Source: Planctomycetota bacterium (GTDB lineage: Bacteria; Planctomycetota; UBA11346). From it: DNA of 64,000 nt. Position 1 is the first letter of the stretch. Every line of letters starts with the position of its first letter. The DNA lies in assembly GCA_014193115.1 (NCBI GenBank), contig BJHQ01000012.1, positions 86,803 to 150,802 of the forward strand, given 5' to 3'. Positions 29,677 to 40,010 of the stretch are shown one piece after another. Both the position numbers and the translations under genes were made by a program. The notes beneath the pieces are model-generated. The model was given only the letters and a program-made list of their open reading frames with translations, was not told the DNA's origin and ran no database searches.

Positions 29677-29986
29677 GGGCATGACCCTCGTGATCCGCCA
29701 AGACATCAAGGAAAAACCTGGGAAAGGATGCCCTGGCTGATCGACCAACCGGGTGCGGATGGAACTTCTTCCAACCGTCCACCGCGTGCTGGCTCGGCGC
29801 TTTGGCGTCTTTGCGGTTCCCCAACGGCATCATCCGTGATCCTGGGCAAGTCGGCGTTGCGCGGTCCTGGTTTGGACGCATCGCTGCGCATGGTTGGCGA
29901 TGCGCCGGCGGAACCGGCGCACGATGCGCGCTTGCGCCGGGCCGGCCGGCGCGCTTGCTCCGGCCCCAAGCCCGGACGCCACCGCC

Positions 29987-31198
29987 ATGAGCCTGCCCAC
30001 CAGCGACGACAAACCCCACGAAAACGCTGCCCATGACCCGGCCGCCGACCAGGCGCTGCTGATCATGAAAGCGGTCTGGGCCGAGTTGGAATCCAGCATC
30101 GGCCGCCAGCGCCTGCGTTTCCCCAAGGAGATCATCTGGCTGAACGGCGCCCCTGGGTCGGGCAAAGGGACCAACACCCCGTTCATCCAGCGCGAGCGCG
30201 GCATCACCGCCCCTCCGCTGGTGGTCAGCGCCCTGCTCGACACGCCGGAGTTCAACCGCCTGAAGGACGCCGGCAACCTGATCGGCGACCGCGAGGTGGT
30301 CGGCCTGCTGTTCCGCAAGCTGCTCGCCTCTGAATACGCCAACGGCGTGCTGGTCGATGGCTATCCACGGACCCGGGTCCAGTCCGAATGCCTGAAGCTG
30401 CTTCATCAAAAAATGCTGGAGTTGCGCAAGGAATTCGCTGATACACCGCTTGCGGTGCATTTCCCCCGGCCGGTCTTCAGGATCACTGTGCTCTATGTCG
30501 AAGAGCGCGAAGCCATCGCCCGCCAGCTGAAGCGCGGCAAGCAGGCCCAGTCCCACAACCAGCGGGTCAAGGACACCGGCCTGGGCGAACCGATGGAGGA
30601 ACGCGCCACCGACCACAGCGAGGATGCGGCGCGCAAACGCTACCGGATCTTCCGCGAGCAGGCCTTCGATGCCCTGCAAGGGTTGAAGAAGCATTTCCAT
30701 TATCATCTGATCAATGCCCAGGGCGACCTGGCCGCGGTCGAAGCCAACATCATCCGGGAATTCCAATACCAGTCCTCGCTGGAGCTCGAAGCCGAGACCA
30801 TCGACTCGCTCAACCATATCCCGCTCGCGTCGGACCTCGGCAATGGCGCGCGGCAGAATCTGGTCCGCCGGCTCGACTCCTATCAGCGCGAGCACACCGC
30901 TCTGTTCAAGCAGGTGATCTGGACCATTGAACGCGAGTTCATGCCCGAACTGCATTTGCACGCGATCACCGGCCTGGCCTATCTGCTGACCGAGAATCCG
31001 CTGTTCGACCAGCCGTTGGCCCGCACCATGGTGGTCGACATCCTCAGCGAGCGCGGCTATTTCACCGTCGCCCAGGTCGAACTGCGCGATCAGCCGACCC
31101 GCATCGACACCTCCACCGGTGAAGTGCACTATAAGAAGAAAAGCTGGTACCGCTTCCAGATCCGCTTCCCCGGCTCGGTCATCCGCCGCGGGCATTGA
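29987..31198 (+). CDS. adenylate kinase-like NMP kinase with about 200-aa C-terminal extension
   Basis: P-loop GAPGSGKGT and LVDGYPRT motifs. Its roughly 404-aa length is double a normal Adk. Confidence 0.55.
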   Translation: MSLPTSDDKPHENAAHDPAADQALLIMKAVWAELESSIGRQRLRFPKEIIWLNGAPGSGKGTNTPFIQRERGITAPPLVVSALLDTPEFNRLKDAGNLIGDREVVGLLFRKLLASEYANGVLVDGYPRTRVQSECLKLLHQKMLELRKEFADTPLAVHFPRPVFRITVLYVEEREAIARQLKRGKQAQSHNQRVKDTGLGEPMEERATDHSEDAARKRYRIFREQAFDALQGLKKHFHYHLINAQGDLAAVEANIIREFQYQSSLELEAETIDSLNHIPLASDLGNGARQNLVRRLDSYQREHTALFKQVIWTIEREFMPELHLHAITGLAYLLTENPLFDQPLARTMVVDILSERGYFTVAQVELRDQPTRIDTSTGEVHYKKKSWYRFQIRFPGSVIRRGH

Positions 31199-31452
31199 AC
31201 GCCTCGGGCGCGGACCCCTGCGGCAGTCTCGGCCATGCCGAGACTGCCCCGCGCCTTACATGATCACCGCAGCTTTGCGCAGCGACCAGAAAAATGCCTC
31301 CGCTTGTGCCGTATCCGACGGGTGCCCTGAACCGATGGGTTCAGGTGGGAGCCGCCCCTTCCGGGCTGGGCCCGGTCAGGCGTCGGCCCCCTGGGTGTAT
31401 GAAAGGTCAGGGGCTTCGGCCGGACCTCGAACACAGCAGGGGCAACTGCATT

Positions 31453-33483
31453 CTATGGGGCGAATGCCGCGTCGCCATCCCCATCGAAGACATCCTCGCT
31501 GTTCGATGACGCATCCGTGTCGCCGGCGCCGACCAGGCGCGCCGCCGCTGCGGTGTCGCGACCGGCGAGCACCGCCAGCACCGCGGCTCCATAGCGTTTG
31601 GCCTTGGCCTCACCTATGCCTTTGACCGCCAGCAGCTGTTCAACCGTGGCCGGGCGCAGCCCCGCCAGACCGTGCAGGACGCTGTCATGGAACACCACGT
31701 ACGGCGGCACGCCGAGCTGATCGGCGACCCGGCGGCGCCAGGCACGCAACCGATCGAAGGCGTCGCGTCCGGCGGCGTCGAGGGCGCTGGCCGCTGCGGG
31801 CACGGCGCTCTTGCCGCTGCGCCGCTGTTGTTCGCGGCTGTCCTTTTTCGGTCGGCTGGCCGCAGCCGTGCCCAGACGGACGGTGCCGTCGCCCTTGCAC
31901 AGCCGACGGCCGGAATCGGTGAGGCGCAGCACAGGGTATTCGTCTTCGCTGACCTCGCACAAACCCTGCAAGGCGAGCTGGTCGATCCACGACCGCAGGC
32001 TACCCTCGCCTGAGGACTTCATCAGGCCGAACACGCTGAGGTCGGCGTGGCCGCGACGGCGGACGCTGTCCTTGTCGCGGCCGAGCAGCACATCGACCAC
32101 GTGGCCGGTGCCGAAGCGGCCGCCGCAGCGCCACACCGCGCTGAGGATCTTCTGGGCGGTGAGCAGCGCCTCGGCGGCGGGGAGCTCGGTGGTCTCCCCA
32201 GCGCAGACATCGCAGGCTCCGCAGCCAGCCGTGGGATCGGCGCCAGCAACGCCCGGAGGCGGATAGGGCTGGCCAAAATGCTCGGTGAGCAGGCGGTGCC
32301 GGCATACCGGCGCCACCGCATAGCGGCCGACCTCGCGCAGCTGGCGCTCCATCGCCTGCTGGCGCTCCGGGGTCAGGGTCTGGTCTTTTTTCATCAGCCA
32401 GCGCCAGGTGGCGAAATCGCTCGCCGACCACAGCAGCACGCATTCCGCCGGTTCGCCATCACGGCCGGCGCGACCGGCCTCCTGCTGGTAATGCTCCAGT
32501 GATTTCGGGCAGTTGGCGTGGATGACGAAACGCACGTTGCTGCGGTCGATGCCCATGCCGAAGGCGATGGTGGCGACCACCACTTGCAGCCGCTCGTTGA
32601 CGAAATCGTCCTGCGCCGCCTTGCGCACGCTGGCATCCAGGCCGGCGTGATAAGGCCGGGCGTCGACGCCGCAGGCCTTCAACCGTTCGGCCAAGGATTC
32701 GACCTCTTTGCGGGTCTGGGCATAGACGATGCCGCCTTCGTCGCCGTGGCGGCGGACCACCGCCAACACTTGATCGAGGGCGTCGCGCCGCGGCAGGCTG
32801 CGGTAATTGAGGTTGTCGCGGTCGACGTGGCCGACCAGGCGCTCCGGCCGACTGAGGGCGAGCTGGGCGATGATGTCGTCTTGCACCGCTGGAGTCGCGG
32901 TGGCGGTCAGGGCCATCCGCGCGACTCGCGGCAGACGATCGAACGTCGCCGCCAATTGACGGTATTCGGGCCGGAAATCGTGGCCCCAGTGGGACACGCA
33001 GTGGGCCTCGTCCACCGCCACCAGGGCCAGCCGGCGGGCGATGGCAGGCAGCAGATCGCCAGGAATCAGCCGTTCGGGCGAGACGTAGACCAGATCGATC
33101 GTGCCGTTCTCCAGCTCGCTGCGCACCCGGCGGCGTTCACTTTCGGTCAGGTTGGCGTGCAGGGCTCCAGCGCGCAGGCCGGCTTCCCGGGCAGCTGCCA
33201 CCTGGTCGTCCATCAGGGCAACGAGCGGGCTGACCACCAGCACGAGCCCGGCGCCACAGGCGGCCGGCACCTGATAACACAGGGATTTTCCACCGCCGGT
33301 GGGCAGCAGCACCAGGCAGTCGCGCTTGCCCAGGGCGGCGCCGACCGCCTCGCGCTGCAACGGCCGGAAGGCGTCGTAGCCCCAGTGGCGACGCAGGGCG
33401 TCCTCCGGGCGAAGACGGTTTTCCGGGCGCACCACGGTCTCTTGACGATATCCGGCGGGCTTGGCGGCCGCCTGATAATTCAT
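31453..33483 (-). CDS. recQ: ATP-dependent DNA helicase RecQ (with HRDC-containing C-terminus)
   Basis: LRRHWGYDAFRPLQREAV, DEAH box (VAVDEAHCVSHWGHDFRPEY), RecQ C-terminal and HRDC-like segments. The ORF extends to 33771, and alternative starts exist at 33627 and 33771. Confidence 0.85.
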   Translation of the reverse strand: MNYQAAAKPAGYRQETVVRPENRLRPEDALRRHWGYDAFRPLQREAVGAALGKRDCLVLLPTGGGKSLCYQVPAACGAGLVLVVSPLVALMDDQVAAAREAGLRAGALHANLTESERRRVRSELENGTIDLVYVSPERLIPGDLLPAIARRLALVAVDEAHCVSHWGHDFRPEYRQLAATFDRLPRVARMALTATATPAVQDDIIAQLALSRPERLVGHVDRDNLNYRSLPRRDALDQVLAVVRRHGDEGGIVYAQTRKEVESLAERLKACGVDARPYHAGLDASVRKAAQDDFVNERLQVVVATIAFGMGIDRSNVRFVIHANCPKSLEHYQQEAGRAGRDGEPAECVLLWSASDFATWRWLMKKDQTLTPERQQAMERQLREVGRYAVAPVCRHRLLTEHFGQPYPPPGVAGADPTAGCGACDVCAGETTELPAAEALLTAQKILSAVWRCGGRFGTGHVVDVLLGRDKDSVRRRGHADLSVFGLMKSSGEGSLRSWIDQLALQGLCEVSEDEYPVLRLTDSGRRLCKGDGTVRLGTAAASRPKKDSREQQRRSGKSAVPAAASALDAAGRDAFDRLRAWRRRVADQLGVPPYVVFHDSVLHGLAGLRPATVEQLLAVKGIGEAKAKRYGAAVLAVLAGRDTAAAARLVGAGDTDASSNSEDVFDGDGDAAFAP

Positions 33484-33623
33484 GGCGGATTCGCGGACCC
33501 GGCCCGGTATTGCCGGGCGGCTCGCGCTGGCTGGCAGAGGCTGCCCAGCCGACAGTGCTTTCAGTTCGGCCAACGTCCGCACCGGCGCGAGGCCGCTGAC
33601 ATCAGGAAGATCCTCGTCGTCGC

Positions 33624-34085
33624 TCATGACCGAGTCTGCTCCGGCGAAGCCCGGAACCCAGTCGCCGCGTACGGCAGCCGGCCGGCACGGTAGATCTCGT
33701 CGCGCTCCTTCAGCCACGGATCGGCATCCTGCAGCTGGTGGCACAGGACGATCAGTCCGATTTCTTCGCACACATAGGCAGCCAGTTCGTGGTGCTGGGT
33801 GGCAGCATAGATCCGATCGAACACCACGTCGCGGATCTCCTGGATCCCGGGCTCGAATTGGTCGCCGACCCGATTGATGATGGCGATGAAAGCCGCATGG
33901 CCGGCCTCGTCAGCGTCCCACTGGGAAAACACCGCGTCGACGTCCAGGCTCCTGAGGTAGCCGGTGGCGAAGATCCGCCCCCCGCGGATCAGCTCCACCA
34001 GCGGGTGGTTGCCTGGCACTCGCCCGGCGCCCGCCTCCGGCGCTGCTCCGAGCGTGTTCCCATCGCGCAGCTTGCGGCTGCTCAT
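33624..34085 (-). CDS. hypothetical protein, possibly ferritin-like/diiron fold
   Basis: Paired E..H-type motifs (DEAGHAAF, QHHELAAYVCEE). The assignment is weak. Confidence 0.3.
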   Translation of the reverse strand: MSSRKLRDGNTLGAAPEAGAGRVPGNHPLVELIRGGRIFATGYLRSLDVDAVFSQWDADEAGHAAFIAIINRVGDQFEPGIQEIRDVVFDRIYAATQHHELAAYVCEEIGLIVLCHQLQDADPWLKERDEIYRAGRLPYAATGFRASPEQTRS

Positions 34086-34333
34086 GCGTCCACCACTTCC
34101 ACACGCACCTGGGCATTGATCCGGCGCAGACCTGCCACCGCCTGCTCAGCCATGGTCAGGGCTGCGCGCAGGGATTCCTCCACCTCGTCGCCATGCAGCG
34201 CTGCTCCGCAGTTGTGGGCGGCGGTGCGCAGCACCAGCTGCAAATCGGCCAGATCCTCCCGCTGTTCGGCGGACAAGGCGGGGGTGTTGGCAGCGGGCAT
34301 CAGCGCATCGTGTCGGGAGCGCCAGCGAGCCAA
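34082..34333 (-). CDS. hypothetical small protein (83 aa)
   Basis: ORF whose stop overlaps the start of the downstream gene by ATGA. No homolog recognised. Confidence 0.25.
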   Translation of the reverse strand: MARWRSRHDALMPAANTPALSAEQREDLADLQLVLRTAAHNCGAALHGDEVEESLRAALTMAEQAVAGLRRINAQVRVEVVDA

Positions 34334-34427
34334 GCGAGCCCCAGCGCCAGCGAGCCCCAGCCCCAGCCCCAGCGAGCTCTGCGGCTGCGCTTGGTACCCG
34401 CTGGTGCGAGCGGCGATTCCGGTTTGC

Positions 34428-34985
34428 TCACCGTTCCAGCGGAATCTGCAATGCGATCTTCAGCACCTCAGCGCCGGGATTGGCGCCGCCGGCGATCTGG
34501 GCATTGCTGAAATGAGCCAGGGACAGCGCGATCCGCCAGCCGTCGGCGCTGTCGCCGCAGGCACGGCTCAGCTCGATCTGGGTGCGCATCTCCAAGGCTG
34601 TGCCGAGGTTCAGTCCATGTCCGTCATCAGCATATCCGCCCAGGCCGAACCCTGGGCTGAACCGCCAGCGCTCGAAAAAGCGCAGCTCGCCGACGACACC
34701 TCCGCCTGCCCACCAATCGTGGGGTCCGAGTTCGACCGCCGCCCACAGGCCGAAGTTCCACAGCCGGGGAACCGTGCGAATTTCAGCGAATCCCCAGGGA
34801 TCCTGCTGACGGTCGAAGATCCCCGAGACGCCCGGACCGGCACACACCAGCAGGTCGGCGGCCAGCGGCGTGGTTGCGGCGGCGTCTGACAGCGTGGCAG
34901 CGGCCAGGGGCGTGGCAGCGGCCAGGGACGCGGCAGTCAGCAGGACGGTGATCGCCCATCCGGGCGCTGGCAGAGATGCCTTCAC
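34428..34985 (-). CDS. PagL-like lipid A deacylase / outer-membrane beta-barrel protein (tentative)
   Basis: Signal peptide, a small beta-barrel size and a HFSNA motif as in the PagL catalytic His-Ser. Its start overlaps the stop of the upstream Hsp70-like gene. Confidence 0.45.
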   Translation of the reverse strand: MKASLPAPGWAITVLLTAASLAAATPLAAATLSDAAATTPLAADLLVCAGPGVSGIFDRQQDPWGFAEIRTVPRLWNFGLWAAVELGPHDWWAGGGVVGELRFFERWRFSPGFGLGGYADDGHGLNLGTALEMRTQIELSRACGDSADGWRIALSLAHFSNAQIAGGANPGAEVLKIALQIPLER

Positions 34986-36613
34986 GCTTCGCGGGCCTTC
35001 GCGAAATCGAGGGTCAGTGGCACCATCCGGTCGGCGACGGCGATGACGATGTCGACCAGGCCATCGGGGCGCAGGGCATAACGCTCTTCGACTTCAACCC
35101 CGGGATCGGCCTCGACCACCGCCACCGCGTCGAGCTGGTCGGACGCTTTGGCCCGCAGGGCCGAGGCGAAACCGATGCGCAGCGGGTGGGGATATTCCAG
35201 GATTTCTCCGGCGGGGCGCAGATCACGGCGGTCGTCGGCGTCCTCCAGGTCGGACACATCCACCGGGCTGCCGCCGCCATCCACCAGCTCGCTGCACTGG
35301 ACATAGCGGAACTCGCCGAGGTTGTGGGCCGGGCGATAGGCCACGGTGCGCTCTTCGCCATGCAGCGGATCGCCGCGCCGTTGCAGGACATGGAACCAGT
35401 CGTGGCCATGCTCGACCCGCCACACCCCGAAGTGGAGGGCGGAACGGCGTTCGAGGGTCGGCACCGCATCAGCCAGCCGGCCGGCGTACCACGCCGCGCC
35501 GAAGGCCACGTCGTGCATCCGGCGGTCGCTGGTGACCACCCGCACCTGATCGCAACCAAGGGCGGCGAGCAAATCGTGGGCACGATCGGCGATGCCAGGC
35601 AACCCGGCGCTGCCACCGGTGAGCACCAGCGAGCCCAGCTCGGGCAGGGCCTGGGGATTGCGGCTGAGCAGTTTCTTCAAAGTCGCGAAACTGCGGTCGA
35701 TCAGCGGACCGGCGGCGGCATCGAGGTCGTCGCGGTCGAGTTCGACCTGTTGTCGGCGCAGCGCGGCGTGCTGCGACCGGGTGCCGATGACATTGGTCAG
35801 GGTGACCGCGTGGGACTCGAGTCCGCGATCGCTGGCCAGGGCGATCTTTGCTTTTTCCGCCAACCGGCGCAGCCGGCCGAGATGGGCCGCCTCCGGTTTC
35901 CAGCCGGCGCCGCGCACCGCGTCCTTGGCCAGGAACCGGTCCACCAGCAATTTCGCGAGGGCCGCGTCGATATCATCGCCACCGAGCTTGCGCACGCCTT
36001 CGCTGTCGACCTCGGTGAAGCGTCCGTCGCCGTCGGCCCGGACCAGGCTGGCGTCGAAGGTCCCACCGCCGAAGTCATAAACCGCGACGTGGCGGCCAGG
36101 CTCGACCGCCACGGTCACCCCGAGCACGGCCAGGGACAGCGCCGCAGCGGTGGGTTCGTTGAGGATGTCGAGCACCCGGAAACCCGCGGATTCCGCGGCA
36201 TCCCGAACCGCCCGCCGCTGCAAGTCGTGGCAGTTCTGGGGGACGGTGGGCACCAGATCCGGGCGTTCGTCCAAGGTGATGCCTCGGGCATCGAGATCCG
36301 TCGCGGCCTGGGCTTTCAGCCAGGCGAACCACTGGCCCAGCACCTGGTCGAGGGGCAGGGTCGCGGATTCGAACTTCACCACCGGGCGGCCCCGGCCACG
36401 GTGGTCGCGAAGCAGGCTCTTCACGCCGGCGACCAGGTCCTCGCCGCCCACCGCGTCATCTCCGAAGCGCAGGTTGCCGCCATCCAGGGCGACCAGCGAC
36501 GGCGCGTGGTCGGCGCCGCCGGCGAAGCGCACCGGAACCGGTTGATCCTCGCCTGGACGGAGCCTGGCCATGACCGTGTTGGTGGTGCCGAAGTCGAGAC
36601 CAAAGCGGAGCAT
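34982..36613 (-). CDS. Hsp70-family ATPase (actin-like NBD) with unrelated about 170-aa C-terminal domain
   Basis: GLDFGTTNT, VYDFGGGTFDASLV and LTGGSAGLPGI motifs. There is no canonical DnaK substrate-binding domain. Confidence 0.65.
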   Translation of the reverse strand: MLRFGLDFGTTNTVMARLRPGEDQPVPVRFAGGADHAPSLVALDGGNLRFGDDAVGGEDLVAGVKSLLRDHRGRGRPVVKFESATLPLDQVLGQWFAWLKAQAATDLDARGITLDERPDLVPTVPQNCHDLQRRAVRDAAESAGFRVLDILNEPTAAALSLAVLGVTVAVEPGRHVAVYDFGGGTFDASLVRADGDGRFTEVDSEGVRKLGGDDIDAALAKLLVDRFLAKDAVRGAGWKPEAAHLGRLRRLAEKAKIALASDRGLESHAVTLTNVIGTRSQHAALRRQQVELDRDDLDAAAGPLIDRSFATLKKLLSRNPQALPELGSLVLTGGSAGLPGIADRAHDLLAALGCDQVRVVTSDRRMHDVAFGAAWYAGRLADAVPTLERRSALHFGVWRVEHGHDWFHVLQRRGDPLHGEERTVAYRPAHNLGEFRYVQCSELVDGGGSPVDVSDLEDADDRRDLRPAGEILEYPHPLRIGFASALRAKASDQLDAVAVVEADPGVEVEERYALRPDGLVDIVIAVADRMVPLTLDFAKAREA

Positions 36614-36759
36614 GCGGAGGATCCCGGGGGCGGAAGGAGGCCCGCCGTTCACCATCATCCGGCTGCACCCGGTGGAGCAACCGCCAGGAACAGTCCGGCT
36701 GAACATCAGTATTCCGTAAAAATACCGGGAAGATCACGGTTCGAGGGGCCGTGTCTGCG

Positions 36760-36902
36760 CCGAGCGCCAGCTCGGCAGAAGGTCGATGAAGCTGCAAAAG
36801 ACCTGGGATCAGGACACGGCATGCACCGCCCTGGGAGCGCCGAGCGCCAGCTCGGCAGATGGTCGATGAAGCTGCAAAAGACCTGGGATCAGGACACGGC
36901 AT
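36760..36902. repeat. tandem duplication (2 x 72 bp) spanning the 3' end of hpt
   Basis: Two near-identical copies containing the palindrome GCCGAGCGCCAGCTCGGC. Each copy carries the last 12 codons of hpt. Confidence 0.85.
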
Positions 36903-37410
36903 GCACCGCCGGCCAATGGCGGAAATGCCCATCGAGATCGAGCCCGTACCCGACGACGAACACATCGGGAATGGTGAAACCGATGTGGTCCGCCGTGGCC
37001 AACCCGCCAGGCACCCGCCGCGCCGGTTTGTCGAGCAGCACCGCGGTGCGCACCGAACGAGCGCCAGCGGCCTGCACCGCCGCCACCGCCGACGCCAAGG
37101 TCCGCCCAGTATCGAGGATATCATCGACGATCACGACCTCGGCGCCGCCGAGGTCGCCCAAGCCATCGATAGCCACGATTCCGCTCGACGAGGTGCCGGC
37201 ATAACTCCGCGCCCGAACAGAGCGCAGTTCCAGCTCGGGCAGGGTCATGCCCCGGGCGAGATCCGCCGCGAACAGCCAGGCGCCATCGAGCAATGCCAAC
37301 AAAACCGGCCGCTGCGCCGGGCTCAGAACCTGATCGAGCTCCCCTGCCAACCGCTGCACCGCGGCGGCAATCGCATGGGCCGAAATCAGGGGGTCAGGGT
37401 TGGGGCGCAT
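36889..37410 (-). CDS. hpt: hypoxanthine-guanine phosphoribosyltransferase
   Basis: PRPP-binding motif VVIVDDILDTGRT and full-length HGPRT similarity. Confidence 0.85.
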   Translation of the reverse strand: MRPNPDPLISAHAIAAAVQRLAGELDQVLSPAQRPVLLALLDGAWLFAADLARGMTLPELELRSVRARSYAGTSSSGIVAIDGLGDLGGAEVVIVDDILDTGRTLASAVAAVQAAGARSVRTAVLLDKPARRVPGGLATADHIGFTIPDVFVVGYGLDLDGHFRHWPAVHAVS

Positions 37411-37470
37411 GGTGCAGCGGGCCACAGTTGGCGGAGACCGCCCTGGGCCGGGTCGTCGCGGTCGGGTTGG

Positions 37471-38220
37471 TCAGTTGGCGGCGTGCCGCTCTTGGCGCAG
37501 ACGTTCCGCCAACAAACGCTCAGCGGTGGCCAGGTCCGCCGGTGTATTCACGCCGAGCACCGCTGCCGGGTCCTCGGTGATGACCAGTTCGACCGGCGCG
37601 CCTTCGCCGCGCAGCAGCGCGATGACATCGGTCAGGTAGTATTCGCCCTGGGCATTTTGCGGTGTGATCTTCGCCAACAGGCGGAACAGCGCGGCCCGTT
37701 CAAAGGCGTAGATGCCGCTGTTGATCAGGTCGATGGTGCGTTGGGCCGCGCTGGCGTCCTTATGCTCGACGATCCGTTCGAGCCGGCCATCGCCGCCCAC
37801 CACCATCCGGCCATAGCCGGTGGGATCGGGCATGCGCGCCGCCACCGCGACTCCCGGTGCTGCCGAACGCCGGTCGAGCACGCTGCGCAGCAGAGACGGC
37901 GGCGTCAGCGGGCAGTCGCCGCACAGCACCAGCACGGTGTCGCCGATGCAGGCGGCCTCGGCGCAGCGCACCGCATGGCCGGTACCGAGTTGGCGATCCT
38001 GCACCACGCAGGTCGGGCTCCACGGCGCCACCGAGGCCTCAACCCGATCGCGCTGATGGCCGACCACGACCACGATGCGCGCGACACCCAAGGCGCGGCA
38101 CGTGTCGAGAACGTGGTGGATCAGCGGCCGACCGGCCAACGGGTGGAGGACCTTGGCCAGATCGGACCCCATGCGGGTGCCCTTGCCGGCGGCGAGGATG
38201 ACGGCGGTGGTTGGAGTCAT
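37471..38220 (-). CDS. sugar-phosphate nucleotidyltransferase (GlmU N-terminal uridyltransferase-like domain only)
   Basis: AVILAAGKGTRMGSDLAKVLHPLAGRPLIHHVL matches the GlmU N-domain. There is no acetyltransferase hexapeptide-repeat region. Confidence 0.6.
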   Translation of the reverse strand: MTPTTAVILAAGKGTRMGSDLAKVLHPLAGRPLIHHVLDTCRALGVARIVVVVGHQRDRVEASVAPWSPTCVVQDRQLGTGHAVRCAEAACIGDTVLVLCGDCPLTPPSLLRSVLDRRSAAPGVAVAARMPDPTGYGRMVVGGDGRLERIVEHKDASAAQRTIDLINSGIYAFERAALFRLLAKITPQNAQGEYYLTDVIALLRGEGAPVELVITEDPAAVLGVNTPADLATAERLLAERLRQERHAAN

Positions 38221-38282
38221 GGAAGGCTCAGTAGGGGTGCCAGGGGTCGCGATCCAGGTTTCAGATCTCAATCACAGTCCAA

Positions 38283-38440
38283 ACTTATGCTGGCCAAAAC
38301 CAACCCAACCAAGCCCAACCCAGCCGAGCTGGCGCTCGGCGCTGCCAGGGCTGGCGCTTGGCGCTGCCGGGGCTGGCGCTTGGCGCTGCCGGGGCTGGCG
38401 CTTGGCGCTCCTGGGCTTGGCACTCGGTCATGCCGTTTCT
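38283..38440. repeat. tandem repeat array (about 4 x 22 bp GGGGCTGGCGCTTGGCGCTGCC) seeded by GCCGAGCTGGCGCTCGGCGCTGCC
   Basis: Direct repeats between the nucleotidyltransferase start and the lgt stop. The motif is related to the 17798-17990 array. Confidence 0.85.
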
Positions 38441-39793
38441 CGGGACGACGGGGTGAGCTGATACAAGTCAGGACGCGGTCCGCGTTTCCAGGCCCACCAC
38501 AGCACGACCACGCCAGCCAGGAACAGCGGGATGGTCAGGGCCTGGCCTTTGCTCATGAAACCGAGGATGAACGCCCCGCCATCGACGCCGCCGGGTTGGC
38601 CCTTGTCCGGCTCGCGGAAGAACTCGCCGATGAAGCGGCCCAGGCCGTAGGTCAGCAGCGCGGCCGCTGTGGTCAGACCGGGACTCCGGTGCAGGCGGTG
38701 GGCGGTCACGGCCACCACCAGCACCAGCACCCCCTCCAGTCCGACGGCATAAAGCTGGCTGGGATGGCGTGGGACGTTTTCTGAGGCAACGAGCGGAGCG
38801 TCCGGGAAGACCACCGCCCACGACACGTCGGTCGGCCGGCCCCACAGTTCGCCATTGATGAAGTTGGCGATGCGACCGAGAGCGACGCCGATGCCGACGA
38901 CCGCCGCCGAGGCATCGGCCATCACCGGCATCGACACGCGGTTGCGCCGGCACCACCAGAACCAGGCGATGACCATGCCGACCAGACCGCCATGGCTGGC
39001 CATGCCGCCGTCGTGGAAATAGAACACGCCCCACCACGGTAGGCTCGATGAAAACGTGATGAACAGCTCGGGATCGTAGAACAGGCAATAGCCCAGCCGG
39101 CCACCGGCGATGATCCCCAAGGCCATGAACGTGGCGAAATCGATGACCTGTTCGGGCACCAGCGGCAGCCGGCCGATCCGGCACCACCGGCGTAGCCACA
39201 GCGCACCGAGGATGACTCCGGTGACATAGGCTAGGCCGTACCAGCGGACGCCAGGGAAGCGCACGGCGGTACCTGGGATCATGAACGGCGGGACGGCGAA
39301 CGGATTGAGGTCATGGTGCCAATAAGTGGCGAAACGATCTTCCGACGTGATGTCCGGTGGTTCCAGGAGATCGAGCCGCCGCCGGATGTCCCACGGACCT
39401 TTCGCATCGAGGATGAGCTTGCCCGCATCGAACAGCAGGCATCGGGGAAGCGGCGGCCGCTCCAGATCGCCGACCTTGGCGGAGGCCACCACGCTGACCT
39501 GATCGCTGCCACCGTTGGCGGTCCAGGCGTCGCGGATCTCCTGCACACTGCCGTCGCTGGCGTGGGCGGCCACCACCGCCGCCCGAGGATGATGCCTGAC
39601 GATCGCCGACAGCTCCGGGATCGCATAGAGGCATTCGGCGCAGCCGCGGCCCCAGAAAGCGATCACCACAAATCGGTCCGAGCGAACCTGCTGCGGACCG
39701 GAGAGCACCGGACCGAAGCTGGCATCGGCCACGGTCAGCTCGCCAGCGCTGGCGATGGCGCAGAGCAGCACCAGGAGGATTCCTGGGAGCACA
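38428..39793 (-). CDS. lgt: fusion protein: TlpA-like thioredoxin domain (CxxC) - prolipoprotein diacylglyceryl transferase
   Basis: Lgt signature (HHDLNPFAV...GVRWYGLAYVTG...GRIANFINGELWGRPT...) preceded in frame, without an intervening start codon, by FWGRGCAECLYAIPEL and a signal/anchor segment. A probable GTG start lies at 39793, and the ORF extends to 40014 through a REP element. Confidence 0.6.
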
Positions 39794-39802
39794 GGACGGG
39801 AT

Positions 39803-39866
39803 CCTGGGAGCGCAGGCTTCAGCCTGCCCGCAGCGCTGTTGAGCAGGCTGAAGCCTGCGCTCCCAG
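39803..39866. repeat. REP-like palindromic element, copy A4 (variant loop, preceded by a partial copy at 39781-39795)
   Basis: Same 26-bp arms as A1-A3. Confidence 0.85.
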
Positions 39867-40010
39867 CCTGCCTGCCGCGAAAGAACTCCCCCGCCGCGCG
39901 GGGCTCCGGCTCGGCCGGAGGGGCCGGCTGTGCCGTCCCGGGTTCTTGTTTGCCCGGGGGTAGCCCCCCGGACGCGCCACCCGGCGCTCCCCCGAGCAGC
40001 CTGCGGCTGC

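Noticed and set aside
34290-34400. GCCCCAGC / GCGAGCCCCAGC microsatellite-like run.
   Set aside because: A short, imperfect simple repeat in the intergenic region. It is noted but shows no evident structure or coding.
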